A stretch of DNA of 64,000 bases from NCBI GenBank assembly GCA_041641305.1, contig JBEPYN010000001.1, forward strand, positions 192,001-256,000, written 5' to 3'. Origin of the DNA: Nitrososphaerota archaeon (GTDB taxonomy: Archaea > Thermoproteota > Nitrososphaeria_A > Caldarchaeales > Caldarchaeaceae). Both the position numbers and the translations under genes were made by a program. The notes beneath the pieces are model-generated. The model did not search any database and was not told where the DNA came from. It worked only from the letters and a program-made list of their open reading frames with translations. Shown piece after piece: positions 46,266 to 56,876 of this stretch. The first letter of the stretch is position 1. Every line of letters starts with the position of its first letter.

Positions 46266-47351
46266 CTATGATTTATTTTTGTTCAGTATCCCCGCTCCAT
46301 GTATGATAATTGTTGCGGGACCTCCGGGCTCACCCTCCGCATAGGCCCTGATTTCGAGAAGGGCTTTGCAGACATCTATGCTGGTTAAAGTATGCATGGT
46401 GAGTGTTGAGACACGGTATGTTGAAACACCTTCGGCCAAAGCCGCGTAGATAACCAACATGTCCCCCAGATGAGTATCGACAGGCGCCCCGCTCCGATAC
46501 TCTTTGAGAAAGCTCTCGGCCGCATCCTGACCAACCTTCTCGGCAGGAACACCCTTCTCACCAAGCTTGTCAACACCCATGCGAACCGTGTCAAACTCTC
46601 CCATAACAAATATTCCAGCACCCGGATCCATTGCGCAGCCCGGCATCGATTCCGTCAACACCTCTTCACGCATCTCTGTCACGGCTATGCCATTGGCCTC
46701 TAGACGCTGTCTACATGACTCGGCCATTCTTTTCGCTACATGCGGGGGAAGTTTAGAGGTGTATGCGTTTATGGAAACTTTTGTGAGATTAGGCCTTTCG
46801 GTCAAGCTGAACGACGGGATCTTCTGCACCGGGACGATGTATCCCTCAACCTCTCCGCCCCCTCTTGGGTAAAACCCGCGTCTCAAAAGCCTCAGCCCAC
46901 AATCGACACCGAGTCTCCGTAGAAAATAGAAGAAGATCTGCTGGAAGTATTCGAAGGTGGGTGCGTTTGGGTTGTTTGTTCCACCACGTATCCGGAACCT
47001 GGTCTTGGTTTTCCCAAAGCAGAGGACGGGGACAAGGGATTGGAGGACGAGTGATGTGCTTCCCGCCGTGCCCGTGTCGAGAAAAAGGTTACTTGTAGCA
47101 TCTCTCCCTGGGGTGAAAAATATCTCCGTCGAGCCGACGAAGGCGTTCCTCACTTCTCCGCCGCAGGCCAGCTGAACAGCCCGCACAGCCGTCAAATGCT
47201 GGTTACGTAGACCGGGGTTGCTTCTCTTTTTCCTGATGTTGTAGATGTGTAGAGGTTTCCCTATCACGGCTGAAATAGCCAAGGCTACTCTGAGAACCTG
47301 ACCACCGCCTTCGCCGACCGAGCCATCGAGCTCAAGAAAACGCTCCATCAC
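46266..47351 (-). CDS. rtcA: RNA 3'-terminal phosphate cyclase
   Basis: DGSVGEGGGQVLR, PGLRNQH, GGTN, RGFYPRGGG, HLGDML, catalytic His (MHTLT). Confidence 0.93.
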   Translation of the reverse strand: MMERFLELDGSVGEGGGQVLRVALAISAVIGKPLHIYNIRKKRSNPGLRNQHLTAVRAVQLACGGEVRNAFVGSTEIFFTPGRDATSNLFLDTGTAGSTSLVLQSLVPVLCFGKTKTRFRIRGGTNNPNAPTFEYFQQIFFYFLRRLGVDCGLRLLRRGFYPRGGGEVEGYIVPVQKIPSFSLTERPNLTKVSINAYTSKLPPHVAKRMAESCRQRLEANGIAVTEMREEVLTESMPGCAMDPGAGIFVMGEFDTVRMGVDKLGEKGVPAEKVGQDAAESFLKEYRSGAPVDTHLGDMLVIYAALAEGVSTYRVSTLTMHTLTSIDVCKALLEIRAYAEGEPGGPATIIIHGAGILNKNKS

Positions 47352-47434
47352 TGCTTTTCTGTCCTTGTCGTGATTTATGGTTGACGTGAACCTATATTAG
47401 TCACTGAAGATGATAATGCCGAAGGGATACTGAC

Positions 47435-48040
47435 ATGGCTGCCCCACTCTACTACCCCGGCGCCACCACTCTCGGAATAAGAGGAAAGGACAGCGTGGTG
47501 ATAGCTGCTGAGAAAAGGTTTGCCTACGGCTACTTCGTGATGTCAAAACAGGCGAGAAAAGTCTTCAAAATCAGCGACAGCGTGGGAGCGGCGTGCGCCG
47601 GCGTCGTCGCCGATATGCAGAACATGATTAGAGAGGTTACAGCTGTGGTCAACCTCTACCGGCTTGAGCAAGGCATCGAGCCCAGTGTAAAGACAGTGGC
47701 TAAGATACTTTCATGGAACCTGTTTGGCAACCGATACTTTCCCTACTTCATGGAGACGATTGTGGGCGGGATTGATTCTCAGGGGCCACATGTTATCGTC
47801 CTCGACCCCCTTGGCTCCATGATCGAGGATGACTATGCGGTGGTTGGGACGGGGGCGGAGGTTGCGGTCGGTGTGATCGAGAATCTTTACAGAAGAGACA
47901 TGACTGCAGACGAGATACGTGACCTCGCAGCCAAAGCAATCAAAGCATCTATAGCAAGGGACGCGGGCAGCGGAAACGGCATAGACCTCCTACTCTACAC
48001 ACCTCGCGGATTGGAAGCCGAGGAAACGATAACCGTTTGA
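47435..48040 (+). CDS. psmB: 20S proteasome beta-type subunit (probably non-catalytic paralog)
   Basis: PGATTLGI, RKVF, GVVADMQ, GTG, RDAGSG. Confidence 0.9.
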   Translation: MAAPLYYPGATTLGIRGKDSVVIAAEKRFAYGYFVMSKQARKVFKISDSVGAACAGVVADMQNMIREVTAVVNLYRLEQGIEPSVKTVAKILSWNLFGNRYFPYFMETIVGGIDSQGPHVIVLDPLGSMIEDDYAVVGTGAEVAVGVIENLYRRDMTADEIRDLAAKAIKASIARDAGSGNGIDLLLYTPRGLEAEETITV

Positions 48041-48120
48041 TTTCTCAGCGTTACGTCATTTCTTCACCCCAATAAAGCAGCTCTTACCTTTAAATCAAGC
48101 TGACCAAAAGATGGTGTGAA

Positions 48121-48846
48121 TTGGCGAACCTATCCCTCCGCGAAAGAGTGTTGATTTACCTCGCAGAGGCGGGCGCCATAACCTCGAGCCTTAAAATCAC
48201 GACACCTATACTTTCCAAACAGTTTTCAACCAGTCAGCAGTCGGCCTCGAGACTGTTGATTCTTTTGGAGAAGGAGGGGTTGATTGAGCGGCGGGTTGTG
48301 GGGCGAACAAGCTACGTTAGGCTCACGCAGAAAGGTGTTGCAAGGCTTCTGGACCTCTACCTTACACTGAAAATGATTTTCGAGAGGCCTGTCAAGGTTG
48401 TTCTCGAGGGCAGAGTTTTCACGGGCTATGGAGAAGGCGTCTACTACATGTCCCTCCCCAACTATGTTAAACAGATGCAGGAGAAGCTCGGCTTCATCCC
48501 ATACCCCGGCACCTTGAACATCACACTTCTCTCCAAAGACTCGATAGAAAACAAAATGCTTCTCCAGAAATACGCTGACATCGAGATACAAGGTTTCAGA
48601 GACGAGAAAAGAACCTACGGCAACGTCAAAGCAGTCAGAGTCACCGTCAACGACACAGAGCAGGCGGTCATGATCTTCCCCGAACGCACACTATACGATA
48701 ACTCCGTTGCAGAACTCATATCCCAACACAGCCTCCGGGAAAAACTGGGCCTAGTCGATGGCTCACTTGTCAAAATCACGGCAACCCTTCAGCCAAAAAT
48801 TTTCTATGAAGATGTGAAAACTTCACACACGTTTTCCAAGTCTTAA
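48121..48846 (+). CDS. ribK: CTP-dependent riboflavin kinase with N-terminal HTH (RbkR type)
   Basis: SQQSASR HTH; G.GEG.YY, PYPGTLN, LREKLGL.DG. Confidence 0.9.
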   Translation: MANLSLRERVLIYLAEAGAITSSLKITTPILSKQFSTSQQSASRLLILLEKEGLIERRVVGRTSYVRLTQKGVARLLDLYLTLKMIFERPVKVVLEGRVFTGYGEGVYYMSLPNYVKQMQEKLGFIPYPGTLNITLLSKDSIENKMLLQKYADIEIQGFRDEKRTYGNVKAVRVTVNDTEQAVMIFPERTLYDNSVAELISQHSLREKLGLVDGSLVKITATLQPKIFYEDVKTSHTFSKS

Positions 48847-49272
48847 AACACGTTTCATAACGTCGCTGCTGCTCAAGGGGTTGACTTTGTGCTTCCTAAG
48901 TGTAACAACTTTGACCTTGACGTTTCTTTCTTTGCAGAACCTTAGAAACTGGTCGCGAATTTTCCGCTGATCATATCCAAACGCCACAATATCGGGCTTA
49001 ACTTTTTTCAATATTTTTTCGAATGAGACCGGGTCGTAGCCGACTAACACTTGGTCAACCGGTTTGAGGAATTGGAGCATTCTTTTTCTTTCACGTGCAC
49101 CAAATATCGGTGAACGCCCTTTGTTTCGTCTGACTGTTTTGTCAGAGGCGACGACAACAACTAGTTTCCCACGTGGTCCTGCAAGTTTCTTGGCGTCTCT
49201 TAACATAAGCATGTGCCCGAGATGAAGTATGTCGAAGGCCCCCGTCGTGAGAACAGTTCTACCCTTCACCAA
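48823..49272 (-). CDS. ribL: Archaeal FAD synthase (cytidylyltransferase fold)
   Basis: GAFDILHLGH, VVVASD, KPDIVAFGYDQ, SSS; adjacent to ribK. Confidence 0.8.
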   Translation of the reverse strand: MVKGRTVLTTGAFDILHLGHMLMLRDAKKLAGPRGKLVVVVASDKTVRRNKGRSPIFGARERKRMLQFLKPVDQVLVGYDPVSFEKILKKVKPDIVAFGYDQRKIRDQFLRFCKERNVKVKVVTLRKHKVNPLSSSDVMKRVLRLGKRV

Positions 49273-50273
49273 GTGAACGTCACCTCGCCTCTCAGCCTTA
49301 ACGCATCAAGCAAGCCTTCCGCATAGCCTATCGCCAGAAGAGCATCAGCGATTTTGCCATCCTGGATGAAGCGCTCGGCATCTTCCACATATTTTGACAC
49401 GTATCCGAGATAGTCTATGAGTCCAGGGGTTTGACTCAGCTGTGCAAGGATTTTCTCGCATTTTGTGATGTAGTTCATCACCCTTGTACTCAGCGGGTTT
49501 TCAGCCGTGTTCAAAGGGCCTTTGCAAAAAGTTTGTAGAATTTCTTCTTCTGTGAAGTGTAGTTTTGACGGTATAATTAGTGAGTGAGGTGGTGGAGGGA
49601 AGTTGTGTGACATAAGTTTCTCGGCTGGTGCTACCACGGTTACACAATCCATGAACCCGAGCCTCGCCAAAGCTACCATAAGCGTTTCATGGTTTATGAA
49701 GTGTTTGTTGTGCAGTTTCGCGTATTGTAGGAGCTGTTTGACTGCTTCTGGCACTGTTAGGCCGTGGTCTGATGTGTCGAGGAGAAGTAGGGTGTGGAGG
49801 TTGTTTGAGAGGTTTGTCTCGATTGTTTTGAAGATTTCGTGGAGCATGTCTGTGTCGGTTGTTTTTGGGATGGTGGCTGTTTTGCCGAATTTATAGATGT
49901 GGAGGCCTGTGGAGCTCACCGCGGCCGAGACAGCTGAAACACCGTGCACAATTTTTACAGCGACGTTTTTCCTGTGGGCCAGTGTTCTGATCGCGAGATG
50001 TGTTGTTGCTATGAATGGGTCTCCCGGCGTAAGCAAAGCTATCTCTCTTTCAACTGCTTCGGCAACAAGCTTGTGGACGTTGTCTTCGAGCATTTTCCTA
50101 TCGGCTAGAATAACTTGGACCGCGGCTTCTCTAACCTTGTCGAAGAAGTCATCAGCCCAGAAGCTCGTGTAAGTATCCACGTAAACTTTCTCCGCCCTCT
50201 TTATGGTTTCGAGCGCTTCGAGAGTCAGATGCTCAAACCTGCCCAACCCGCCGCCCACAAAAGTGAGAGTCAT
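49266..50273 (-). CDS. dph5: Diphthine synthase with C-terminal DUF357-like domain
   Basis: YTS, GDPFIATTH, YKFGKT, HTLLLLD, LHFTE; C-terminal YVEDA..F...A..YAEGLLDALR. Confidence 0.92.
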   Translation of the reverse strand: MTLTFVGGGLGRFEHLTLEALETIKRAEKVYVDTYTSFWADDFFDKVREAAVQVILADRKMLEDNVHKLVAEAVEREIALLTPGDPFIATTHLAIRTLAHRKNVAVKIVHGVSAVSAAVSSTGLHIYKFGKTATIPKTTDTDMLHEIFKTIETNLSNNLHTLLLLDTSDHGLTVPEAVKQLLQYAKLHNKHFINHETLMVALARLGFMDCVTVVAPAEKLMSHNFPPPPHSLIIPSKLHFTEEEILQTFCKGPLNTAENPLSTRVMNYITKCEKILAQLSQTPGLIDYLGYVSKYVEDAERFIQDGKIADALLAIGYAEGLLDALRLRGEVTFTW

Positions 50274-50317
50274 TCCTCAGAATTATCTTGATAAGGCGTT
50301 TTTAAATTAATAACTCG

Positions 50318-51364
50318 TTGAAAGCGGTGGTTTTCGCGGCTGGTTACGGCAAGAGGCTGAGGCCTCTGACAGTTAACAGGCCTAAGCATGTTTTACCCGT
50401 GGCGGGCAAACCGTTGATCAGATGGGTTGTCGAGGCCCTTGCCGCAGCCGGAATAGATGATGTCGGCGTCCTTGTAGGATACCATGGACAGGACACCGTT
50501 CAGATCCTCAAGAGCCTTCAGAAACCTCGCCTAACTTTCACCATGCAGAAGAACCTCCTCGGCACAGGCCAAGCCTTGAAAGAGTGTAGAGAGTTTCTCG
50601 CAGGAGAGGATGCTTTCCTAGTGGTGTATGGCGACGTAACTGTTAATGATGATGTTATTCGGAGGTTGCTGGGTTTTTGGCGGGAAGGCGGGTTTGACAG
50701 CGTTTTGGCGGCTGTCGAGACTGATGAGAGCAAAAGGTTTGGCTCTATTAGGCTCGAGGGTGAGCGGCTTGCCAAGATAGAGGAGAAAACCGGCGCGGGC
50801 AACATCGTCAACGCAGGTGTCTACATCTTCAGCAAAAACATCTTCAAAGCCCTCGAGCAGGTGGGTTTCTCTGAACGGGGAGAGATAGAGCTGACCGATG
50901 CGGTAAACCAGATGGTCAAGCAGGGACACCTTGTAGGTGTGAAGGTATTTGAAAGAAGCTGGTGGTTTGACGTCGGTATGCCCGCGGACTACCTTAGGGT
51001 TAACCATGTTTATCTGAGAAATCTCCTCGGCGAATCCATTCAGTTGCAGGGCGGAGCCGTGTTAGAGGATGCCGTCGAGCTCAGGGGCCCTGTCATGGTT
51101 GAGGAGGAATGCGTCATAGAGAGTGGCTCGGTCTTGGAGGGGCCCTGCTACATTTGTAGAGGGTCTGTCATAGGCCGCGGAAGCAGGGTGATGAGCTCTG
51201 TTGTGTTGGAGAAGTGTTTTCTCGGGCCCGGGTCAAGTTTGGTCAACACCGTGTTGGGTGAGGAGTCAGTTTTCAGCGAAGGTGTCGAGGTTTTGTCAAG
51301 TGGTTTCCCCGCCTACGTCAGCGAACCCGGCTTCAGGGCCGAGAAACGGCTCAAGATAGTTTAA
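50318..51364 (+). CDS. Sugar-1-phosphate nucleotidyltransferase with hexapeptide tail
   Basis: AAGYGKRLRPLT..RPK, LGTG, VYGD, ERGEIELTD, WFDVG. Confidence 0.9.
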   Translation: MKAVVFAAGYGKRLRPLTVNRPKHVLPVAGKPLIRWVVEALAAAGIDDVGVLVGYHGQDTVQILKSLQKPRLTFTMQKNLLGTGQALKECREFLAGEDAFLVVYGDVTVNDDVIRRLLGFWREGGFDSVLAAVETDESKRFGSIRLEGERLAKIEEKTGAGNIVNAGVYIFSKNIFKALEQVGFSERGEIELTDAVNQMVKQGHLVGVKVFERSWWFDVGMPADYLRVNHVYLRNLLGESIQLQGGAVLEDAVELRGPVMVEEECVIESGSVLEGPCYICRGSVIGRGSRVMSSVVLEKCFLGPGSSLVNTVLGEESVFSEGVEVLSSGFPAYVSEPGFRAEKRLKIV

Positions 51365-51928
51365 CGCGCTTCTTGCGAGAAGCTTAGCCAGCCTAACCGG
51401 CTCGGGGAACCGGCCGTCAACAGTAAACTTGTCGAGGACAGTTTTGGCTTCTGTGGACAATAGACCAAAACATCTCACATAGACCTTGTAACCTGTCTTC
51501 AGCACCACATCGACCCTCTCACCATTGCTTCGGTGAACCAGGAGACGCTGTTCCCAGTCCGTCGGAAACCTCTTCATAAAAACCTCCTCAAGCCCACGGG
51601 ACTCGCGGTAGCTGAGACATATCAACGGAATGTTGATAGCTTGATGAAGCCTGTTGAGGTCGACTACGTTGAACCAGCTTATGACGCTTCCGCTCAACAG
51701 AACCACGTTGATGTCCATTCGGCCGAGGCGATGCCACATCTCTAGAACGGCATCTGTAGAGTCCATGCCTCCAACGGTGCATGAGCCGAAAACAAAACCG
51801 TCCACTAGTAGATCAGACCTCATCACCACGCCGGCGAGAACAGCCCTTGAACCCATCCTCTTCCTAAAGCTCTCAGCGACGCCGAGGGCCCTAATCCCCT
51901 TCTTCCCAACCCTAACCCTGGCCTGCAA
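51296..51928 (-). CDS. DUF99 family (endonuclease V-like fold)
   Basis: LGVAESF, VGGMDST, WFNVVD, PEPVRLA. Confidence 0.82.
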   Translation of the reverse strand: MQARVRVGKKGIRALGVAESFRKRMGSRAVLAGVVMRSDLLVDGFVFGSCTVGGMDSTDAVLEMWHRLGRMDINVVLLSGSVISWFNVVDLNRLHQAINIPLICLSYRESRGLEEVFMKRFPTDWEQRLLVHRSNGERVDVVLKTGYKVYVRCFGLLSTEAKTVLDKFTVDGRFPEPVRLAKLLARSALNYLEPFLGPEAGFADVGGETT

Positions 51929-52865
51929 ACGCCTTCACAACAGCCGTCCACGCATTAGCCACGTTTACAGGATCGTAGCCGCCGCCACCCATCGCAAGAA
52001 TCTTGCCCCCACACTTCTTCTCAGCAATTTTGAGAAGCCTCGAGGCTGCGTAGCCATGCGCCCTCTCGGAGTATTGAAGGTTTGTGAGAGGGTCTCCCAT
52101 CAAGCCATCAGCGCCGCACTGTAGTAGCAGAAAATCGAAATCATGCTTCTCGAGAAACTGTTCAACCTCCTGAAATGCCTGGAAGAATTCTTCGTCACCC
52201 GAGTAAGGAAGCAGCGGTATGTTAAGCTTGGTACCGCGTGCTTCGCCATCACCTATCTCATTTCTAAAGCCTGTCCCCGGATAGAGTGTGCGCCCGTCTT
52301 GATGGATGTCAGCGAAAATCACACGCTTTTCGGTGTAGAAGTCGTAGCAGACACCGTCTCCATGATGCGCATCTATGTCAACGTAGGCAACGTTTCCAAC
52401 ATCTTCGCGGCGGAGAAGATACTCGATGGCTACCCCTGCGTCGTTGAATATGCAGAAGCCTCCCGCTCGGTCGCGTCTTGCATGGTGTAAACCGCCCATA
52501 GGGTTGAACCCCGCCGAAAGCTCGCCAGAAAGAATCATACGAAGCAGTTTAAGCGTAGTTCCGACCACGTATGAGGCTGCTTCAAAACATCCCGGGAAAG
52601 CGGGTGTGTCACCGTAGTCTAGGTAACCTCTTCCCGTTCTGCATCTTTCTTCAACAAATTCCACGTAGCTCCTGGTGTGGAAAAGCATCACATCCTCTTT
52701 TCCCGCCTTCTCCGGCTCGACAATAACCAAACCCTCTAAATCTCTTGTTTCGGTGTCGATCTTTTGATAGAAAGCCTCAAGCCTTATCTTGTTAAGTGGA
52801 TGCGGCTCGGGGAAACTATAGAGAAAAAGCTCGGGGCCTCTGGCAAGCCCTATCCTACGCATCAC
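51912..52865 (-). CDS. Histone deacetylase/AcuC-family Zn deacetylase
   Basis: GGLHHA, GFCIFND, DIDAHHGDG, GADG..GDPL, GGGGY. Confidence 0.93.
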   Translation of the reverse strand: MMRRIGLARGPELFLYSFPEPHPLNKIRLEAFYQKIDTETRDLEGLVIVEPEKAGKEDVMLFHTRSYVEFVEERCRTGRGYLDYGDTPAFPGCFEAASYVVGTTLKLLRMILSGELSAGFNPMGGLHHARRDRAGGFCIFNDAGVAIEYLLRREDVGNVAYVDIDAHHGDGVCYDFYTEKRVIFADIHQDGRTLYPGTGFRNEIGDGEARGTKLNIPLLPYSGDEEFFQAFQEVEQFLEKHDFDFLLLQCGADGLMGDPLTNLQYSERAHGYAASRLLKIAEKKCGGKILAMGGGGYDPVNVANAWTAVVKAFAGQG

Positions 52866-52905
52866 CTCTACATGTGAGAGGAGGCTTTTATACCGTTTCG
52901 AAGAA

Positions 52906-54009
52906 GTGTTTCCAGGATTGCCGCGTATTGTTCTGTTTCTGGACCTTGACTATTTTTTTGCACAGGTGGAGGAGGTTGAGAACCCTGAGCTGAAGGGTAA
53001 GCCGCTATGCGTATGCGTCTTCTCGGGAAGAACACCTGACAGTGGAGTAGTCAGCTCAGCAAACTATGTAGCGAGAAGATTCGGCATAAAAGCCGGAATG
53101 CCCATCAAGGGTGCCAAAAAACTTCTACCCGACGACTCCGTAATCCTTCCCATCCGCCTTAAACACTACGCATCTGTCTCGCGACAAATCATGGACACCC
53201 TCAGAAAATTCAACACCCCTCTACGTGTTGAGAGCGTGGATGAGGCCGTGATGGATATAACAGATGCCGTCGGTGGCGACTACGCCGAGGCCGAGAAGTT
53301 CGCGAGAAAAGTCAAGGAAACAATCCGCACACGCTTCGGCTTAACATGCAGCGTAGGAGTAGGGCCCAACCGCGTCGTGGCAAAAATGGCAGCCGACTAC
53401 TCGAAGCCCGACGGACTCACAATAGTGAAACCCGAGAACATCGAAGAATTTCTCCGAGACATGCCTGTCAAAAACCTGCCCGGAATAGGTGCCAAAACAG
53501 AATCAATTCTCGCCGACCACCATGTCAAAACAGTCGGAGACCTCTCTCGCCTAAGCCTTGAAAAGCTTGAAGAACTATTTGGAACAAAGAAAGCCCAGTA
53601 CCTTTACATGGCGTCGAGGGGCATGTATGATGAAGCTGTTGAGGAGAGGCCTCCGCCTAAGCAGGTGAGCAAAATAGTCACACTTAAACGGAACACCCGT
53701 GATGTCGAGGAAATTATGGAGACGCTTGCATCCGCGGCTTCAGATGCTTACACTAGACTTGCCTCAGCCAAGTTTTTCGCCTCAAAGATAGGGTTGATAG
53801 CCATAACCTCGCGCCTCGAAACAATTACTCGGCAGGCTGAAATACGGCTGGGAGCGAACCTTGACGAGGTGTTGAAGAGTCTACGCATCCTCTTAACCAA
53901 GCTTCTCGAAACAGACGAGAAGATGATGCTGAGACGCGTTGGAGTACGGTTTACGGGCCTCACACCCGTCCCGGGCCAAACAAGCCTAAACATCTTCTCA
54001 GAAGGGTGA
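52906..54009 (+). CDS. dinB: Y-family DNA polymerase IV (Dpo4/DinB)
   Basis: DLDYFFAQVEE, ANYVAR, SVDEA, AKMA...KPDG, LPGIG. Confidence 0.94.
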   Translation: MFPGLPRIVLFLDLDYFFAQVEEVENPELKGKPLCVCVFSGRTPDSGVVSSANYVARRFGIKAGMPIKGAKKLLPDDSVILPIRLKHYASVSRQIMDTLRKFNTPLRVESVDEAVMDITDAVGGDYAEAEKFARKVKETIRTRFGLTCSVGVGPNRVVAKMAADYSKPDGLTIVKPENIEEFLRDMPVKNLPGIGAKTESILADHHVKTVGDLSRLSLEKLEELFGTKKAQYLYMASRGMYDEAVEERPPPKQVSKIVTLKRNTRDVEEIMETLASAASDAYTRLASAKFFASKIGLIAITSRLETITRQAEIRLGANLDEVLKSLRILLTKLLETDEKMMLRRVGVRFTGLTPVPGQTSLNIFSEG

Positions 54010-54013
54010 AAGC

Positions 54014-54421
54014 ATGAAAAGTTTTCTCAGTAGATTAGATATCCCGAGACTCATCAAATTCAGCGTAGTCGGTGGAGTCGGACTCATAGTCAACACGGTG
54101 GCGCTTTTCCTGCTCACAAACTATGTCTTCGGGGAGAGGCTGTATCTCGTCGCAGCCGCGATAAGCCTCGAAATCTCTATACTCAACAACTTTTTCCTCA
54201 ACGAGTACTGGACTTTCCGTGATAGAGCTGGGCCAGGCGGCATACAAGGACGACTCGCCAAGTTCCACGGCTCAAGGATAGCCGGAACAATAACCACGCT
54301 GGCTGTCCTCTATCTCTTAACCGACTTCCTTGGCATTTTTTACCTGGTTTCAAACATCGTTGGTGTGTTGGCTGGGATGGCTGTCAACTATTTGACAAGT
54401 AGTTGCTGGGTCTGGAGATAA
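54014..54421 (+). CDS. GtrA-family membrane protein
   Basis: KFSVVG..G..VN, NNFFLNEYWTF. Confidence 0.88.
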   Translation: MKSFLSRLDIPRLIKFSVVGGVGLIVNTVALFLLTNYVFGERLYLVAAAISLEISILNNFFLNEYWTFRDRAGPGGIQGRLAKFHGSRIAGTITTLAVLYLLTDFLGIFYLVSNIVGVLAGMAVNYLTSSCWVWR

Positions 54422-54466
54422 GCTGCTTATTCATACGCTTATATTAAGGCAGGGGAAAAATTCTGC

Positions 54467-55048
54467 ATGAGTCTCTCGAAGAAGGTGGCTCTCGCATCAG
54501 CCTTGAGCGCTCTCGGGATAGTTATATCGCCCATGATGTTTGAGTGGCTTGGGTCAAGAGCTTTCCCGGGGCAGCACTTCATCAACGTATTATCCGGTGT
54601 CCTGCTTGGCCCACTCTGGGGAGCTTTAGTGGCAATCATTATCGGGACTGTCCGTATTGCGCTCGGAATGGGGACAGTTTTCGCATACCCGGGGGGCATT
54701 CCCGGCGCGGTCTTGGTTGGCCTATTCTACATCCTGCTGAAACGGTTTAAGAACCCTCGGCTAAGGTATCTGGCTGCCTTCGCGGAACCGTTAGGCACTG
54801 TCCTGATAGGTGGAACGATAGCACTTGCCGTGGTTGCGCCTAGCATCGGGCCTGCTGTTGGACCTGCGGCCGTCATGCTTCGGAACCTTGAGACGCTCGG
54901 GTTCTGGCCTGCGTTGCTTCTTCTCTGGGGAGGCTGGGCCATCAGCTCCATAACAGGCGCGATAGCCGGATTCTTCTTCTTGGTGGCCGCCGAAAAATAT
55001 GGAGTTATATCCCGAGCCATCACAGCCTCCATACGTAGAGAGCGTTGA
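54467..55048 (+). CDS. thiW: ECF S-component ThiW (thiazole transporter)
   Basis: AFPGQHFINVLSGVLLGP, GT.FAYPG, EPLGT; in the same run as thiDN. Confidence 0.85.
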   Translation: MSLSKKVALASALSALGIVISPMMFEWLGSRAFPGQHFINVLSGVLLGPLWGALVAIIIGTVRIALGMGTVFAYPGGIPGAVLVGLFYILLKRFKNPRLRYLAAFAEPLGTVLIGGTIALAVVAPSIGPAVGPAAVMLRNLETLGFWPALLLLWGGWAISSITGAIAGFFFLVAAEKYGVISRAITASIRRER

Positions 55049-55599
55049 ACGCAGAGGAACTGCTAGGCAAAAGAACCCTGATTATTGGTGAGGCGGGCTC
55101 GGGCAAAACAAGCCTCCTCGCCCAAACAATCCAAAGCCTTCTCGGCAAACTTGGTCCATGCAGCATCACGGTAATAGACCTAGCACCCAGCCGCATAATG
55201 GGTGTCGGCGGCCCATTAACAGACCACATGAAAATAGAGGGCATCCACTACATGCGACCCCCAAACGTCTATGCACCTCGGCTTATGGCATGCAACGCCG
55301 AAGACCTCAGAAGATATGTCTCCGACAACGTGGAGACCGCGAGAAAGTTGTTCAACCAATTTCTCGCGAAGCCTACAACGGTTCTCGCCGTAAATGACCT
55401 CACAATATACCTTCACGGAGCAGATGTTGCCGAGCTGCTGACATACATAGAAAAAGCCTCCACCTTCATCGCAACAGCCTACCACGGAACAAAACTCGCC
55501 GAAGACTTCGGCACGGGCCTCTCCGAATCAGAGCGGAGAAAAGTAGAGGAACTGACTAAACATGTCGACATAGTTATCAACCTTAATTTCAGCCAATGA
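55045..55599 (+). CDS. Small P-loop NTPase
   Basis: Walker A GEAGSGKT, VIDLAP, LAVND. Confidence 0.75.
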   Translation: MNAEELLGKRTLIIGEAGSGKTSLLAQTIQSLLGKLGPCSITVIDLAPSRIMGVGGPLTDHMKIEGIHYMRPPNVYAPRLMACNAEDLRRYVSDNVETARKLFNQFLAKPTTVLAVNDLTIYLHGADVAELLTYIEKASTFIATAYHGTKLAEDFGTGLSESERRKVEELTKHVDIVINLNFSQ

Positions 55600-56876
55600 T
55601 AGGGGGCTTCATGAATATTTGCGTCTATGAGGACCGCGGCTTCCCACGGCTATGGCCCCTAACAGCCACAAGACCCGTCTACGACTTATTCATCGGAGCC
55701 AGCACCCTCGTTGAGAAAATAAAGCAACACTTTCCAGACGTGGAAAAAATCCATCTCTACACAAGAAATTACCTCACGCAAGTTTTGGAGGAGAAGTATC
55801 CAGAGGCCGTGGTCAACAAGCCGCCAACGCGGGGAGAGACATTACTCATCAACGGCAGACTCATCCTAAACAAAGCTGTTGCAGAAGCGCTTAGAAAAAG
55901 TGAGACAGACTATGTCTTCTACGTTGGGGATGAGGTTGCGGCCATCAAGCTGGCCGAACCCGACCTCCCCGAAAATTTCTGGAACAGCTTTACAAAACCT
56001 GAGGAAAGCTTCGAGACAGTCATAAGCCATTTGAACAAGAGGAGACTCGATACCAACCTATTAACCAACCTGTGGGACATTGTTGAGCTTGCTCCAAAAC
56101 TGGTTGCAGAGGAGGCGGAGGGGGATAAATCAATTCACGGGTATAGGGGCCGCGTGTTTACTCGTGGAGAGGTTGAGGTGGAGAACCATGTTGTCCTGGA
56201 CGACAAGAAAGGCCCAATCGTGCTTGATGACAACGTTGTCGTAGAAGCGTTCACGAAGATTGTTGGGCCGTGCTTTGTTGGAAAGTCTTCCCGCATTTTC
56301 CCGAACTCGTATGTCTCGGGTTGCTGTTTTGGGCCTGTGTGTAGGGTTGGGGGCGAGGTCGAGGAATGTGTGTTCATGGGCTACTCTAACAAGAGACATT
56401 ACGGGTTTTTGGGACACAGTGTCGTGGGCGAGTGGGTCAACATAGCCGCTGGAACAACCGTCTCCAACATGAAAAACACCTACGGCACCTTTAGGATAAC
56501 AGTTGAAGGCAGACGCGTCGAAACCGGGAGACAGTTCCTCGGCACATTCTTCGCGGACCACGTCAAAACAGGGATAGGCACCATGGTTTCAGGCGGCATA
56601 AAAATCGGAGTAGCAAGCCATGTTTACAGAGAAGCCCATGCAGACATCCCATCCTTCACAATACACACGCCCATGGAAAAAATTGAAATCGACATCGAAC
56701 AGGCCCTTGAAACAGCCAAAAGAATGATGGCCAGAAGAGGGGTAAAACCCTCTAAAAGCTATCTCGAGATGCTCAGGAATGTTTTTGACATGACGGCTGA
56801 TGAGAGAAGATCGGCTGGGGTCTTGAAGAAGAGGTTCAGCTTTTATAACACCTCAGGTGGTTTAAGCCATGGTTAA
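55596..56876 (+). CDS. GlmU-like putative sugar nucleotidyltransferase/acyltransferase
   Basis: [12 protein letters not shown], hexapeptide repeats, [18 protein letters not shown]. Confidence 0.82.
   Translation: MIGGFMNICVYEDRGFPRLWPLTATRPVYDLFIGASTLVEKIKQHFPDVEKIHLYTRNYLTQVLEEKYPEAVVNKPPTRGETLLINGRLILNKAVAEALRKSETDYVFYVGDEVAAIKLAEPDLPENFWNSFTKPEESFETVISHLNKRRLDTNLLTNLWDIVELAPKLVAEEAEGDKSIHGYRGRVFTRGEVEVENHVVLDDKKGPIVLDDNVVVEAFTKIVGPCFVGKSSRIFPNSYVSGCCFGPVCRVGGEVEECVFMGYSNKRHYGFLGHSVVGEWVNIAAGTTVSNMKNTYGTFRITVEGRRVETGRQFLGTFFADHVKTGIGTMVSGGIKIGVASHVYREAHADIPSFTIHTPMEKIEIDIEQALETAKRMMARRGVKPSKSYLEMLRNVFDMTADERRSAGVLKKRFSFYNTSGGLSHG

Noticed and set aside
47400-47434. C/D-box-like elements (CTGA, ATGATAA, CTGA) upstream of psmB
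   Set aside because: Box C is imperfect and the segment is too short for a guide sRNA; could be chance.
49266-50273. Dph5-DUF357 fusion as a novelty
   Set aside because: I recall this fusion from related archaea, so it is treated as a lineage marker rather than new.
51296-51364. 69-bp convergent overlap, plus other 10-30 bp overlaps
   Set aside because: Common in this compact genome; both ORFs look intact.
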